Shown in pieces: positions 1-12,200 of a stretch of DNA of 64,000 nt. Made by a program: the position numbers and the translations under genes. Origin of the DNA: a virus (taxonomy: Duplodnaviria; Caudoviricetes); the IMG/VR virus record IMGVR_UViG_3300030085_002029, positions 588 to 64,587 of that record. The stretch is one strand, 5' to 3'. A model generated the notes under the pieces. It saw nothing but the letters and a program-made list of their open reading frames with translations. It made no database searches and was not told the DNA's origin. How positions within the stretch are numbered: the stretch's first letter is position 1; each line of letters opens with the position of its first letter.

Positions 1-103
1 GCCAGCTTGAAAAGTTCATCAAGTGGAGTGTTGAAAGTAAAGGGTATTTAAAATTAAAAGAGTTAGTAGAGTATGAGAACAGATACTTTACCAAATAAAA
101 AAA

Positions 104-1966
104 ATGGAGTTATCAAATAGTATACTAAGTGAAATAACAGTATATATGAAATATGCTAAGTATATACCTGAATTAAACAGAAGAGAAACATGGGAAGAAC
201 TTGTCACTAGAAACAAGAACATGCATATAAAAAAATACCCTGATTTAAAAGAACAAATAGAAGAAAAATATAAATTAGTATATGAAAAGAAAGTTTTACC
301 GTCTATGCGAAGTCTTCAATTCGGAGGCAAGCCAATTGAAATTTCGCCTAATCGTGTATATAATTGCGCTTATTTACCTATCGATCATATTGAATCGTTT
401 AATGAGATAATGTTCTTGTTATTAGGTGGAACTGGTGTGGGTTACTCAGTACAAAAACACCACACAGAAAAACTTCCTCCAATAACAAAGCCGTATACAA
501 AAAGAACTAGAAGATTTTTAATAGGTGACTCAATTGAAGGTTGGGCTGACGCTATTAAAGTGTTAATGAAATCATATTTAGGTGACAAGAGAAGTTCACG
601 AATAGAGTTTGACTACTCTGATATACGTCCTAAGGGCGCGTTATTAGTAACGTCTGGTGGTAAAGCACCCGGACCTCAACCACTTAAAGAATGTATAGTA
701 AAAATAACAGGAGTTTTAGATTCAAAGGAAGAAGCAGATACCTTATCCACATTAGAGGTACACGACATAGTTTGCCATATAGCAGACGCCGTCTTAGCTG
801 GTGGGATACGTCGAGCAGCTTTGATAAGTTTGTTCTCAGCAGACGACGACGAAATGATCTCAGCTAAAATAGGTCATTGGTGGGAGAAAAACCCACAACG
901 TGGAAGAGCTAATAATTCAGCTGTTCTTATGAGACATAAAGTAACTAAGGAGTTTTTTATGGATCTATGGAAACGAGTTGAATTATCTGGAGCAGGTGAA
1001 CCAGGTATTTACTTTAACAACGATAAAGACTGGGGTACAAACCCTTGTTGTGAAATAGCTTTACGACCATATCAGTTTTGTAACCTGTGTGAAGTAAATG
1101 CTAGTGATATTGAATCACAAGAAGATTTAAATGAACGAGTGAAAGCTGCTGCCTTTATAGGTACGTTACAAGCAGGTTATACTGACTTTCACTATTTAAG
1201 AGAAGTATGGCAACAAACAACAGAGAAAGACGCTTTAATAGGCGTCTCGATGACTGGGATAGGCTCGGGCACGGTGTTAGGATACGACATGCAGAAAGCC
1301 GCAAGCTTAGTCAAAAGAGAAAACGCAAGAGTCGCGAAGCTGATTGGAATTAATTCAGCAGCACGATGCACAACCGTAAAGCCTGCAGGGACAACATCTC
1401 TGGCATTAGGAACTTCTTCGGGTATACATGCATGGCATAACGATTATTACATTCGTAGAATCAGAGTTGGTAAAAACGAAAGCATATATAAATACTTAGT
1501 TGAAAACCACCCTGAGTTAGTTGAAGATGAATATTTTAGACCTCATGATACAGCTGTAATAGGTATACCTCAAAAAGCACCAGCGGGTTCTATACTTAGA
1601 GATGAATCACCATTTGATTTACTTGAACGTATAAAGAAAGTTGCTACAGAGTGGGTTAAACCAGGTCATAGGAAAGGATCCAATACTCATAATGTTTCTG
1701 CTACTGTTAGTTTAAAACAACAAGAGTGGAAGTACGCAGGTGAATGGATGTGGGAGAATAGAGAATTTTATAATGGATTATCTGTTTTACCTTATGACGG
1801 AGGTACTTATACTCAAGCACCTTTTGAAGACATAAGCAAGGTTAAATACGATTATATGATGAAGCATTTGACTGAAGTTAATCTACAAAACATTGTAGAA
1901 GTTGAAGATAATACAGATCTATCCGGCGAATTAGCTTGCGCTGGTGGAGCTTGTGAGATTACTTAA
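104..1966 (+). CDS. nrdJ: Class II (adenosylcobalamin-dependent) ribonucleotide reductase
   Basis: 620 aa; YNCAY, GGTGVG, TNPCCEI active-site loop, TVKPAGTTS, C-terminal redox pair ACAGGACEIT; no beta subunit nearby. Confidence 0.93.
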   Translation: MELSNSILSEITVYMKYAKYIPELNRRETWEELVTRNKNMHIKKYPDLKEQIEEKYKLVYEKKVLPSMRSLQFGGKPIEISPNRVYNCAYLPIDHIESFNEIMFLLLGGTGVGYSVQKHHTEKLPPITKPYTKRTRRFLIGDSIEGWADAIKVLMKSYLGDKRSSRIEFDYSDIRPKGALLVTSGGKAPGPQPLKECIVKITGVLDSKEEADTLSTLEVHDIVCHIADAVLAGGIRRAALISLFSADDDEMISAKIGHWWEKNPQRGRANNSAVLMRHKVTKEFFMDLWKRVELSGAGEPGIYFNNDKDWGTNPCCEIALRPYQFCNLCEVNASDIESQEDLNERVKAAAFIGTLQAGYTDFHYLREVWQQTTEKDALIGVSMTGIGSGTVLGYDMQKAASLVKRENARVAKLIGINSAARCTTVKPAGTTSLALGTSSGIHAWHNDYYIRRIRVGKNESIYKYLVENHPELVEDEYFRPHDTAVIGIPQKAPAGSILRDESPFDLLERIKKVATEWVKPGHRKGSNTHNVSATVSLKQQEWKYAGEWMWENREFYNGLSVLPYDGGTYTQAPFEDISKVKYDYMMKHLTEVNLQNIVEVEDNTDLSGELACAGGACEIT

Positions 1967-1981
1967 TTTAAAATAAAAGTT

Positions 1982-2020
1982 ATGTGTCCATATTGTAATG
2001 GCTACTGCGGTGGCTGCTAA
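1982..2020 (+). CDS. Putative 12-aa Cys-rich micropeptide MCPYCNGYCGGC
   Basis: ATG at 1982 after an AT-rich leader, TAA at 2018-2020, lies between the nrdJ stop and a terminator; CxxC-x3-CxxC. Confidence 0.5.
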   Translation: MCPYCNGYCGGC

Positions 2021-2026
2021 ATGAAG

Positions 2027-2055
2027 AAAGGGGCTTACGGCCCCTTTACTTTTTT
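2027..2055. terminator. Intrinsic terminator where the two arms converge, probably bidirectional
   Basis: Stem AAAGGGGC/GCCCCTTT, loop TTACG, followed by a T-tract. Confidence 0.8.
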
Positions 2056-2111
2056 ATAATGCCTGTACAATATAAGTACGTAACTAAGTTCTATACCTCC
2101 AGCCGAGTATA

Positions 2112-3095
2112 TTAATAATTTTTGTAGTAAGTCCAATCAAATGTATTCTCGTTATCTATTGTTACTGTGTCAACATTTACGTTAACATCTTGTTCATAAT
2201 GAAAATCACAATCACCTTGGTAAGATAAATATCCATTAGCACCATCTCTAAAATGTATATACGCAGGCCAAAATATAGTGTCAAGCATATTACAATTAGT
2301 TATAGTAAAGTTAGGGTTGTAAGCACCTTCACCTCCATCAGCTTCAATTACATGATCAGATACATAGTCAGGTATTAATAATAAGTTATCAATTGTACCT
2401 GAATAACCTTGATCAATATCTATAAAGTCATCAGCACATCTCCATACTAGTATATTAGTAGCATTAACCATACCACCAAAAAACTCTACGCCATCATCTC
2501 CATTTGACATTACTTCAATATTGTCTACAATAGTTCCATCTCCTACACAAGCTAGTGTTAATCCGTTAATTTCGTTTCCTTCTCCTATGCTAGCACCTCC
2601 ATGTCTTATAGAAACATATTGCAATATACCTGCATTGTGATTGTTGTTTGTACCTCCGTATAAACCTACCTCATCATTAGCTGGTATACCCTCTATTTGT
2701 AATTGTTCTACCTCACCTGGAAAACTACCAACAGCATCGCCGAGTATAAGTAATCCTCCCCATAAACCTCTTTGTTCAGGGTGAGCTTCCATTATACTTG
2801 TAAATACTATAGGTTGTTGAGGTGTACCTACTGCATTTATCTTAGCACCATTAGTTATTATTAAGCAACTTGCATTAGCACCATCACCAGCTTTGGCTTT
2901 TACGATTGTACCCGGTTCAATGGTTAGCGTGTAACCCGGCATTATACTTACGCGTCCATCGAGTACCCACTCTCTGTCTGCTGTCAATGTAGTATCGTTA
3001 TATATTCTACCGTGTAAATCGTCGTTGACCTCAACTATTGGATCTGGCTTAGTGCAACTTCCTAGCAACAACAAAGCAATTAGTAATTTTTTCAT
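2112..3095 (-). CDS. Bacteroidota-type lipoprotein with a predicted beta-helix, likely host-derived
   Basis: Lipobox MKKLLIALLLLGS-C; LTIEPGT, IVFTS, WGGLLILG, DDGVEFFGG, DDFIDIDQGY repeats typical of parallel beta-helix lipoproteins. Confidence 0.7.
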   Translation of the reverse strand: MKKLLIALLLLGSCTKPDPIVEVNDDLHGRIYNDTTLTADREWVLDGRVSIMPGYTLTIEPGTIVKAKAGDGANASCLIITNGAKINAVGTPQQPIVFTSIMEAHPEQRGLWGGLLILGDAVGSFPGEVEQLQIEGIPANDEVGLYGGTNNNHNAGILQYVSIRHGGASIGEGNEINGLTLACVGDGTIVDNIEVMSNGDDGVEFFGGMVNATNILVWRCADDFIDIDQGYSGTIDNLLLIPDYVSDHVIEADGGEGAYNPNFTITNCNMLDTIFWPAYIHFRDGANGYLSYQGDCDFHYEQDVNVNVDTVTIDNENTFDWTYYKNY

Positions 3096-3156
3096 ACATT
3101 ACCTATCACCCTATTGTCACTATATTTCCTTAAGATAAGGTTAAGTAATTGCTAAT

Positions 3157-3185
3157 AAAAAAAGGGAGACCTTTCGATCTCCCTT
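3157..3185 (-). terminator. Intrinsic terminator after the 3432-aa gene
   Basis: Stem AAGGGAGA/TCTCCCTT with an A-run on the plus strand (U-tract on minus). Confidence 0.75.
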
Positions 3186-3219
3186 GGGTTACAGGAACTT
3201 TGGGTATGGTGCCCATTTG

Positions 3220-6200
3220 TTATTGTTCCTTCATTAGTTCTATTATTTTTTTAACTCTATCTTCTTCGTATTTTAAAGCTTTGATTTGAGCTTTACTTAA
3301 ACCTAAACTATCTAACTTAGCTATTTGCTCTGCTTTGTTAAGCTTTTTATATTTGTAAGTTGCAGCTGCTATTTTATCTACTTTTATTTTACCACCACTA
3401 TTTTTATGTATTATCAACTTTATTTTATCATCTTCCGTCTTAGCATTTTTAATAGTGTACTCCCCATATCCTAAACCTTTAAGCATTTTTATTTGTTCAG
3501 CTGACGTTAGTTTTTTCAATGTATCATAGTCTGTAGATCCTTTAGCTGCTTTAACTCTTTCTCTTGCTTTATCTGCCTTGCTTACAGCCTTTTGTTCTTT
3601 TTTTATTTCCTGTTCTTTAATTTTTTCTTCTGGAGATAATTTAGCTTGTCTTTCTTCCTCTTCCTGCTTTTCAGTTTTAGGTTTTTCTAGCTGCCACTTA
3701 GGCCAACCAGCTGCCATAGCTATCCTTTGCCACATTTCATTATCACTGTTTAAAGCACCCTCAATGTTTTTAAACTTATAGAAAAGTCTATCTATAGGTA
3801 CATTAGCAGTTGCACTTACTATTTTAGCAAAAGCCTCATAAGCAGGATTGTCTAAAGAAAAACCTTTGTCAAATATTTTTTGTCTTCTTTTTTTACTATC
3901 AAACTGCCAAGCCGCTTGTTTTAATTTAGATATTTTAGAATATATAGGAGGAGAAAATCTTAATAATTCCCACACAGAATCTACATACTCCGGTCTTTTT
4001 CTACCTGATCTTTCATATACGTTTAGTAAAAAGTTTTTAGCGGTAGATACTGCTACACCGCCTATACCTAAACCTCTAAGTGTAGAATCTAGAGATCCAT
4101 TAAGCATGTCATATACTCTTTCGTTTATTTTATCCTCGTCTTCATCACCAAAACCTATTGCAAACAACGCTTGTTGTAAAGCATTAAACATTATGTTTTG
4201 TATAACACCATAGTATATTATTTTACTTACGTTTGTTTTAGCATCGCCTCTACCATTAATTAGATCTTGTATAGCTCTTTTTTGTATACGTGCATACTGC
4301 ATAGGTGTATTACCAAACGCTAATATAAGTCTACCAAAGTCACCAGATTGCTGAGCTGATATTCTACTTGGATCAGAAGACTGTTGTGATTCTTCTGCAA
4401 TTTGTCTCCACTCTACTAATGCTTGAGCTTCTGCATCAGCTTGAGACATCCCTTCATTTTTAATTAGATCGTTTATTTTGTTTCTATAGAACGTAGCTCC
4501 ACCTGCAGCTATAGCAAAGCTATCAGCATATTGTGTAGGTAAATAACCTTTTTGTAGTATATAATTTAAAACAGCTTTAGATTTATTTTTAGCAGTAGCA
4601 GCAGCATCAGCTATTTCACTTTCTTGAATATTTAATTTAAGACCATTACGTCTATCTTTTAAATAATCAGAGTTCATTAGTTTTACAAAATCTGTCCAGT
4701 ATTGTTTTTGATTAGCAAAAGCTTTACCAGCTTGATAAGGATTGTTAAAACTCCAATTTAAAAAGTTAATAGAAGATATAGTTTGTAATACAGCTGACCT
4801 AGTGTTGAAGAACATTATAGTACCAATAGAACCGTTTATGTAATCTAACATTTTATTACTAAGTCTATTGCCTGTTTCAAGCCTATTTCTACCAGACTTC
4901 ATTCGAGATAATATTCCTCTTAATGCTTCAACATATTTAGATCCGTATAAAGCTTCTAATTTGTTTAAGTTCTTTTCAGTGTATATAGCATCTGCGTTCT
5001 GTTGCCATTCAGCTAAATACTTGGCTCTTTTCTCTGTGTTAATTAAATCAACTAAATCTGTAGTTATAGTTCCTACTTGCCAATCTGCCTTAGGTTTTAT
5101 ATAACCATCTCCTTTTGTTATTGTAAGAATTTGATCTGCAAAAACTTTTAATTTCCCATCTGAATTAACTATGTCTGTTAACTCTTGCAAGTCTCTTTTA
5201 GATAAACCAGGTACATCATAACCCATTTGATCAAATAAATAAACTCTTACAGCTTGCTCATTTGTTAATCCTGTTTGATTCTTTTTTCTTAAATCTTTAG
5301 GAACATCTAATGATTTTTTAAGTGTCTTAAAATCGTTCATTAAATTTAACCTAGCCGCTGATAAGTTTTCTTGTGCTTTAGTATATGGATCTAATAAGTG
5401 TTTCTTATACCAAGCCATTTGCTTATCGCCTGTAGTACCTTTAGCTAATGTAGGGTATATTAATCCCAAGAAATCTTCAGCTGAGTAAGGTATAAAGAAT
5501 TTAAACTTACCTTTGTTCGCGCCAACAGTTTTAGCTTTAACAGGCGAATACTCTTTGTAAAATTCTACACCAGTGCTTTCTTCTAGTAATTTATTAAAGT
5601 CTTCACTTAACACTTCAGAACTTTTTATCTTAGCTTGCTGTACTTTAGATTTAACATCTAGTTGAGACATAGCTAGTTTAACGGCTGCTACATTTTGATA
5701 AGCATCGTCAGCAAAATAAAAGTCATTGTAACCTTCAGCAGCTTTACCAACTAACCATTCAGCTTTAGCTTCACCTGTAGAATTACCAAGACCAATTATG
5801 TTTTCTTTTTTAAATTCTAAACCTTCTGCTTTTAAAAATTCATATATAGCGTCTTGCGCTTGAGGTGCTCTAGCGGTAAGCACAAATAAATCTTCATTGC
5901 CTCTAGCTTTTTTAATTGTTTGAGCAACATCAAACAAAGGACCACGACCACCGTCAGTAACGTTGTTGAAATCTGAAAAGTCCATATCCCAACCATCTTC
6001 TCTTAATTCTAATCCTTGTTTAGCAAACTCTTCCGCGTTTAATCTTTTTGTTTTACCATCTTTAGTAGCTATTACAATATTATTACTAGTCGCCAACGTG
6101 TCATCAAAATCAAACACTCTAATCTTTTTTATTGGTTGATCTAATGAATTAGCTTTATTTAAAGCGGTATCTAAAGTTCTAGCATCGTTAATTAAACTGT

Positions 6201-9200
6201 TAATATCGTTATTGTCATTGGCATTTGTTACTTCAGAACTTACTATTTCTGCAGCAGTAACCTTAGTTGCTTTATTTTGATTAGTCGCTAGACTACCATT
6301 TCCATTATCTTTTAAATACTGGAACAACTCTTTTTGAGCAGTTTTAGTATCTATTTTTTTAGAAGCTAAATCATATATTAACTGTTGAGTTAACGCTCTT
6401 ACATTAGGGTTCGATCTTTGATTTTTAGGAACTATATTTTCTAATTTATACTTCGCAGCAATAGACTCTCCTAAAAGCATTGTTCCGAACGGATCAAAAC
6501 CTAAAGTACCATCTGGATTCTTTTGCTTGTTTACATCTGGGTGAAAATACCTTGTTTCAAAATCCCACGCCGTAGATAAATCTCCACTACGTAAAGCGTC
6601 ATACCAGCTTTTCCAATATCCATCTGGCATTTTACTTTGGAATCCAGCTTTCTTTAACAAGCCATCTTGGTTGTGACTAATAAATAGTTGTAAAAAGTTT
6701 TTATTAATTAACTTAATGCCTAAATCAGTATCTAAAGATGGATCAGCTATTAAGTCAAATATAAAATCAGCTATATCAGCTTGCGGTATAACATGTTCTC
6801 TTGTTATTCCAGAACCATCATTATAAGTTAAAGTAAGACCAGAAGGATACGCTGCCATTCTCACAACGTGCGAGCTGTTAGCACTTGCAGTTCTAAATAT
6901 ACCACCTATCATTTGAAGAACGCCTACTTTATTTTTAGATTTTTTATAAGTATCATCAAAAGATTTTATCATTTCTCCAAACCCTAAATAGTTTGCTTGT
7001 CTATTCTCTATGTATTTAGGATCATTATAAAACGTGTTAGGACTTGTAGATATCTCTTTCCAAGCTGTACTAACGCTAGCAAAAACTTTTTGTAAGTTTT
7101 CACTTTTCTTTACCTTTAATGGATCTGCTTTACTTTTGTATTTTTTATATAGGCTTTCTAGCTCACTTAAAGAACTGTTTGATAAATCTATATTACCTAC
7201 ATCAGGTATAGTAATTTCATTTAAGTTCCAACCAGACTTTGTTTTATTAGCAAACAATAGTAGTAGCTTAAGCTTTGCTCTATCAACAGCGTTTAAGTTT
7301 TGACCTTTAGACAAACCGCTACTCATGTTAGCAAAACTACCTGATGTTAAAGTTTCAGAACCTAAATCATAAGAATCTAACATGCTAACCATAAAGGCGT
7401 CCCTATCTTTCGCGTTCAACTCACCTTTACTATTGTATCCTCTAAAATCATAAGAACCTATTTTCTTCATTTTCTCGTTTACTCCAGCCGCGCTAAACTT
7501 AATAGTTGGTTCTACTTGCATTTTTTTAGCTATTTCAGCTATTTGATTAGGTGATTTACCCGCTTTTCTTGCTGCAGATGGAGATACATCTTTCCCTAGT
7601 TGATCAGTGATACCCTCGGCAAAGGCTGTTTTTCTATTACCTCGTAAACCACTTCTAACTTCTTTACCAGTTTTCTTACTTGTTATTTTTAATGGTGGTA
7701 ATAAAAAATCTATAAGTTCTTGAGGTTTAAAATCTTTAAACTCATACAAGTTAACACCTTGCTTAGTATTCTCTACATATACTTTGTCATTGTCTAAAGC
7801 TTTATCTATATCAGCTTGCTTAGTTAACCTACGTGGAGGCTTAGTAAATATTCTATCTTCAGGTTTAACTTGACTTTCTAATCTAACAAACCATTGTGGT
7901 GGTAAAAGATCTTTCATTACAGGCGCCATCTTCTTCACTGTAAACTCATACATCTTATTATTACCTAAAGCTTTCTTAACTTTGTCAGTCATTTTACCTC
8001 TAAATATATCTGTAACTACAGCCTTAAATTCTTTTTCAGAAATAGGTGGTAATTCACTTTCGTATATTTCTAAGGCAGCAGCCATGAAATCGTCTTTAAG
8101 TTCTTGATTTATTACTTCAGGAAATGCTTTTGGAATTTTAGATTTAGGAGTTACCCTAGATTTTTTATCTTCAGGTTTAGATTTAGGTGAATCATCAGCG
8201 GCTATTTGCTTAGCTTCTTCATCGTCTATTCTAGATTCTTGTTTTTTCTTTTCTGCTTCTATAGCTAGTTTCTTTCTAGCGTCCATTGATGCAAACCTAG
8301 TGTCTGCAAATATTCTTTCACCAAAACCTTCAGGACCAACAACACTTCCATCTGCTCTAGTTTCTTCAGGGTTAAAGTTAAATAATCTAAACAATGTATT
8401 TTCTATCATTTGATCACCTTCTTCTGGGCTAACTTGTTTAGATCTTATATAGTTGTTTATAGCTCCACCTGGTTTATTTAAAGAATCTATTACAGCTTTA
8501 GCTTTCCTTTCATCTCTTATAAACTCATCATACTTAGCTTTAGTGTTTATGTCTTTAGGTAATAAGTTGTTTATAGCTTCTAGCAAAGTAACATCAGAAG
8601 ATTTAATATCGCTAGCAGCTGCGGCAACTGGTTGATCTGCTGTTTCTGCTTGTTGGTTTATATCTACTACAGGAGTTTGTGATTCTACAAGCTCAGTTAA
8701 TCTTTCAGTATAAGTACCTATATTAATTTCACCTTTGTTTAGTGCAGCTGCCATGCCTATAAAATACTGCACAACATCATTTTGCCCTCTAAATGGTATA
8801 GTGTAATCTCCATCACTAGCCTCGTGCAAACCTTTATTTAACAACGTTGCAAATATAGCTGGAAAATTACCTTTAGTTAAGTCATCAGCTTTTATTTTAG
8901 GATTAGGTCCACCTGTTGCTTCAATAAAAGAAGCTATTACTTCTGTATAATCCCAAGATCCATCTTCATTCTTTAAATTACTATTCTCTGCTTGTATAAC
9001 TTCCCAAACCCTTGGATCTAAATCTTCCATATAAGCGAGCAACTGCTCACCAAAACCAGTAAACTTTTCAGGATTTTCCATCATTAGTTTTGCAGAAGGA
9101 GTATGACTAGTTTCGTGTCCACCAGTATTAAACATAGAGTTATGAGCCATATTAGGAATATAAGCTACTTCAACGTTGTTTCCTTCAGGATTAACTATAG

Positions 9201-12200
9201 TAAAACCATTTTTAGTTTTATTTTTTATTCCATTAATTGTAGCTTTTTTATCTGTCTCGTTTAAATCTGAATTATTAATTATTGTTTCAACATCTTCAAA
9301 ACTTTCAACAATCATTAAGTTTGGATTAGCTCTTTTATCTATATTAGCTTGCTCTAAAGCTAGCTCTGTATTATATATTTCAACCGCCTTGTCTTGTATT
9401 TCTTGAGCTGTTGGGTTGTGTTTTAATCCTTTGTCTTGTAAAATAGCTTCTTCAGCTTTTCTGTCTAATTCTTCTAGTTTAGCTTTGTTTTTCTTATTAA
9501 AAAATCCAGAACCTTGAAGCGAGTAATAAGGATTACTCCAGTACTTAGTAGAAAGATATTTATTTTTAGATTGGTTTAAACCAGAGTACATGTCGTTAAG
9601 CAGCTTCAGTTTTGATTCTTTAAGAGAAGGCGCTATATTTTTATCATTAACTAAAGTCAATGCTTCAGCTTTTATTAAAGACATTTTTTTCATCATAGCA
9701 GTATAGTTGTTTACACCAACGCTATTTACAGTACTATTTAAACCTACATTTTTAAATTGATAATCAAAGTTATTCCAAGACTCAGCTAAATCTATTTCTA
9801 AAGAAGCTATAGCTTCATTATTTAAAGCTATTTGTTGGTTTATATTTTGAACTTTTAAACTAACAGTAGGGTTAAAAGGCTTACCTAGATTAGATGTTAA
9901 CATACCCTGCATTTGTCTAGTGAGATAACCGCTCTTATCTTTTAATTGTTTTAATTCATATGTCTGTTCATCTATCGTGTTTCTTATATCTGCAGCTATA
10001 AAATCTTTAGTAGCCAAACCATAATATACAGGACTAGCCACAGCAATAGGACCTGACATTAATAAACTAGTAGCAGTAACCTCACCTAACCCCTCAGTGT
10101 AAGGATTACCATCCATTATGTTATTAAATATTTGATTTATATTTTCACCACCAACGTCTAATGCTAAATCTTTTATTAAAGGTGAGGCTTGTTGTCTAAA
10201 ATATTGTCTTCTACTAGTAACCCAAACGTCATCAGCAAATTTGCCTGCACCTTTAGCCAAACCAAAACCTTTTTGTATTATTCTAAATTGACCAAGAGAT
10301 CCTAATGTACCTTCACTTATACCGGACAGCAAACTTCTCCACATAATTCCACCTTCATTCATTGTTAGATTTCCCTTTGCTATTTGTGATCTATAGTTAA
10401 GATCTCTATCACCAGTAGCAGATAATCCGAGCAACGTTAATGGTATATAAGCTGAACCACCACTAATAGCCATAGTTGTAAATTGCCAAGCTTGAGTTCC
10501 AGCCATGTTGAAAAACCAACTAGAAAAATCTCCAAAAGAATTAATTGTTTCAAAGTTTGGTAAATTGTAGGTATTCATGTGGTTTTCTTTATAAGTTTTC
10601 CAACCTAACATTACTTCTGTTATAGGATCTTCTTTTATAATACCACCAGCTTTTAAAGCTGAATTTGCCCAACCATACGGGGTTAAATATTTATAACCAC
10701 CATATAGTATATTACCTATAAAATCAGCCCCACCAAGCAAAAAGTTTTCTACGTTCATATCAAAGTCACTGTAGTTTAACTTATAAGCTTCCCATCTTTC
10801 ATTGTCTGACGGCATTTCTTCTAGTAAAGAATCAAACTCAATAATGTTACTTTTAGCTCTTTGACTTAACCATATAGCTTGGTTCATTTGAATCTGCGCT
10901 TGATCTGCTATTCTTTTAGGTATAAGTTTTTTAACAAACTCTCCATCAGCTCCTTTGTAATTTGTTGTTATTTCTACAATTTCCCCATCTGCACCAAATA
11001 AGTCTACATCAATGTCGTAAGAAGGATCGTTCATTATAGCTTGTAAAGTTTCAACAGAATATAAGTTTTGATCCTTGTACTCTTGTGTTATCTTTTTATT
11101 TTCAATGTTTAATGCTGCTAGTTTATTTTTTTGTTGTTGAGAAATTTTTAACTGACCTAACATTAATTTTCCTTGTACTTGTCTTTCTTCTGTTTCCCAT
11201 CTATCTATTTCTATAAAATTTTCAACAGCTTCTTTTCTCGCATCAAACATTTGTTCTGGAACTAGAAAATCAGTGACAGCTAAAGTAGCTATGTGTTGAG
11301 TAAAATTTTTACCATTATTATTTTTACTCCACTCCTCTGTGTCAAATATCTTTTTTGTTCCATCTTTAGCAGTATAAGAAAATAAAGCCTCTTCGTTTTT
11401 TAAAGAATACGCTTTTATTCTTTCGTAGTTTTCTAAACCGGCAAGCTCGTCGTTTACCTCAGCTGCAACTATACTATAGCCTTTTCCTCTAGTCAAGTAT
11501 TTACCGCCTCCTTCAATGTCGTCTCCAAAATCTGTAACTTTAGCATTTTGTCTATATATAGGTAGACTAGACGTATTAACATTACCACCAACTCCGCCAA
11601 TAGAATTAGATTCTAAGAACGCGTTAAATGCTGCGTTTAAAGCTTCTGCATTTTTGTCATTAACATTGTCTTTGTATACTACGCCGTTGACAACATTTCT
11701 ATTTTTATAGCTTACAAAGTCTTGATAATCACCTTCAGTTGGTATTCCTCTATCCTCATATACACGATCAGCATCTTGCACAGGAGAAAAGTGAAACATG
11801 TTAACACTGACTGGAGTTGCTTGAACTTCTCCAAGTGTATTACCGTCAGCTGCAAATAATTGACCTACAGTATTAGCAACATATTTAGTGTTTTCAAATG
11901 AAGGGTTCATGTAAGCATTTATCATTCCTTCTCTTTTCCACTCTACATTTAATCCTCCTTCGTTAGAATCTTTTTCGTTAAGTTTTCTTATATAGTCATT
12001 AATTTCCTCATCTTTCTGTAGCATATAAGTAATGTCTTCAGCGTTTGTATTTAAAGACAACCAATTTGCTAAATCACCCTCTTGTTTAGCTATCTCTTTA
12101 TCAGTCCATTCACCCCACCCAAACAGCTTAGGCATTTTATATCCAAATGAAATTGTTATTTGGCGATTAGGATCTGAGCGATCTAATCTAGTATTGGTCA

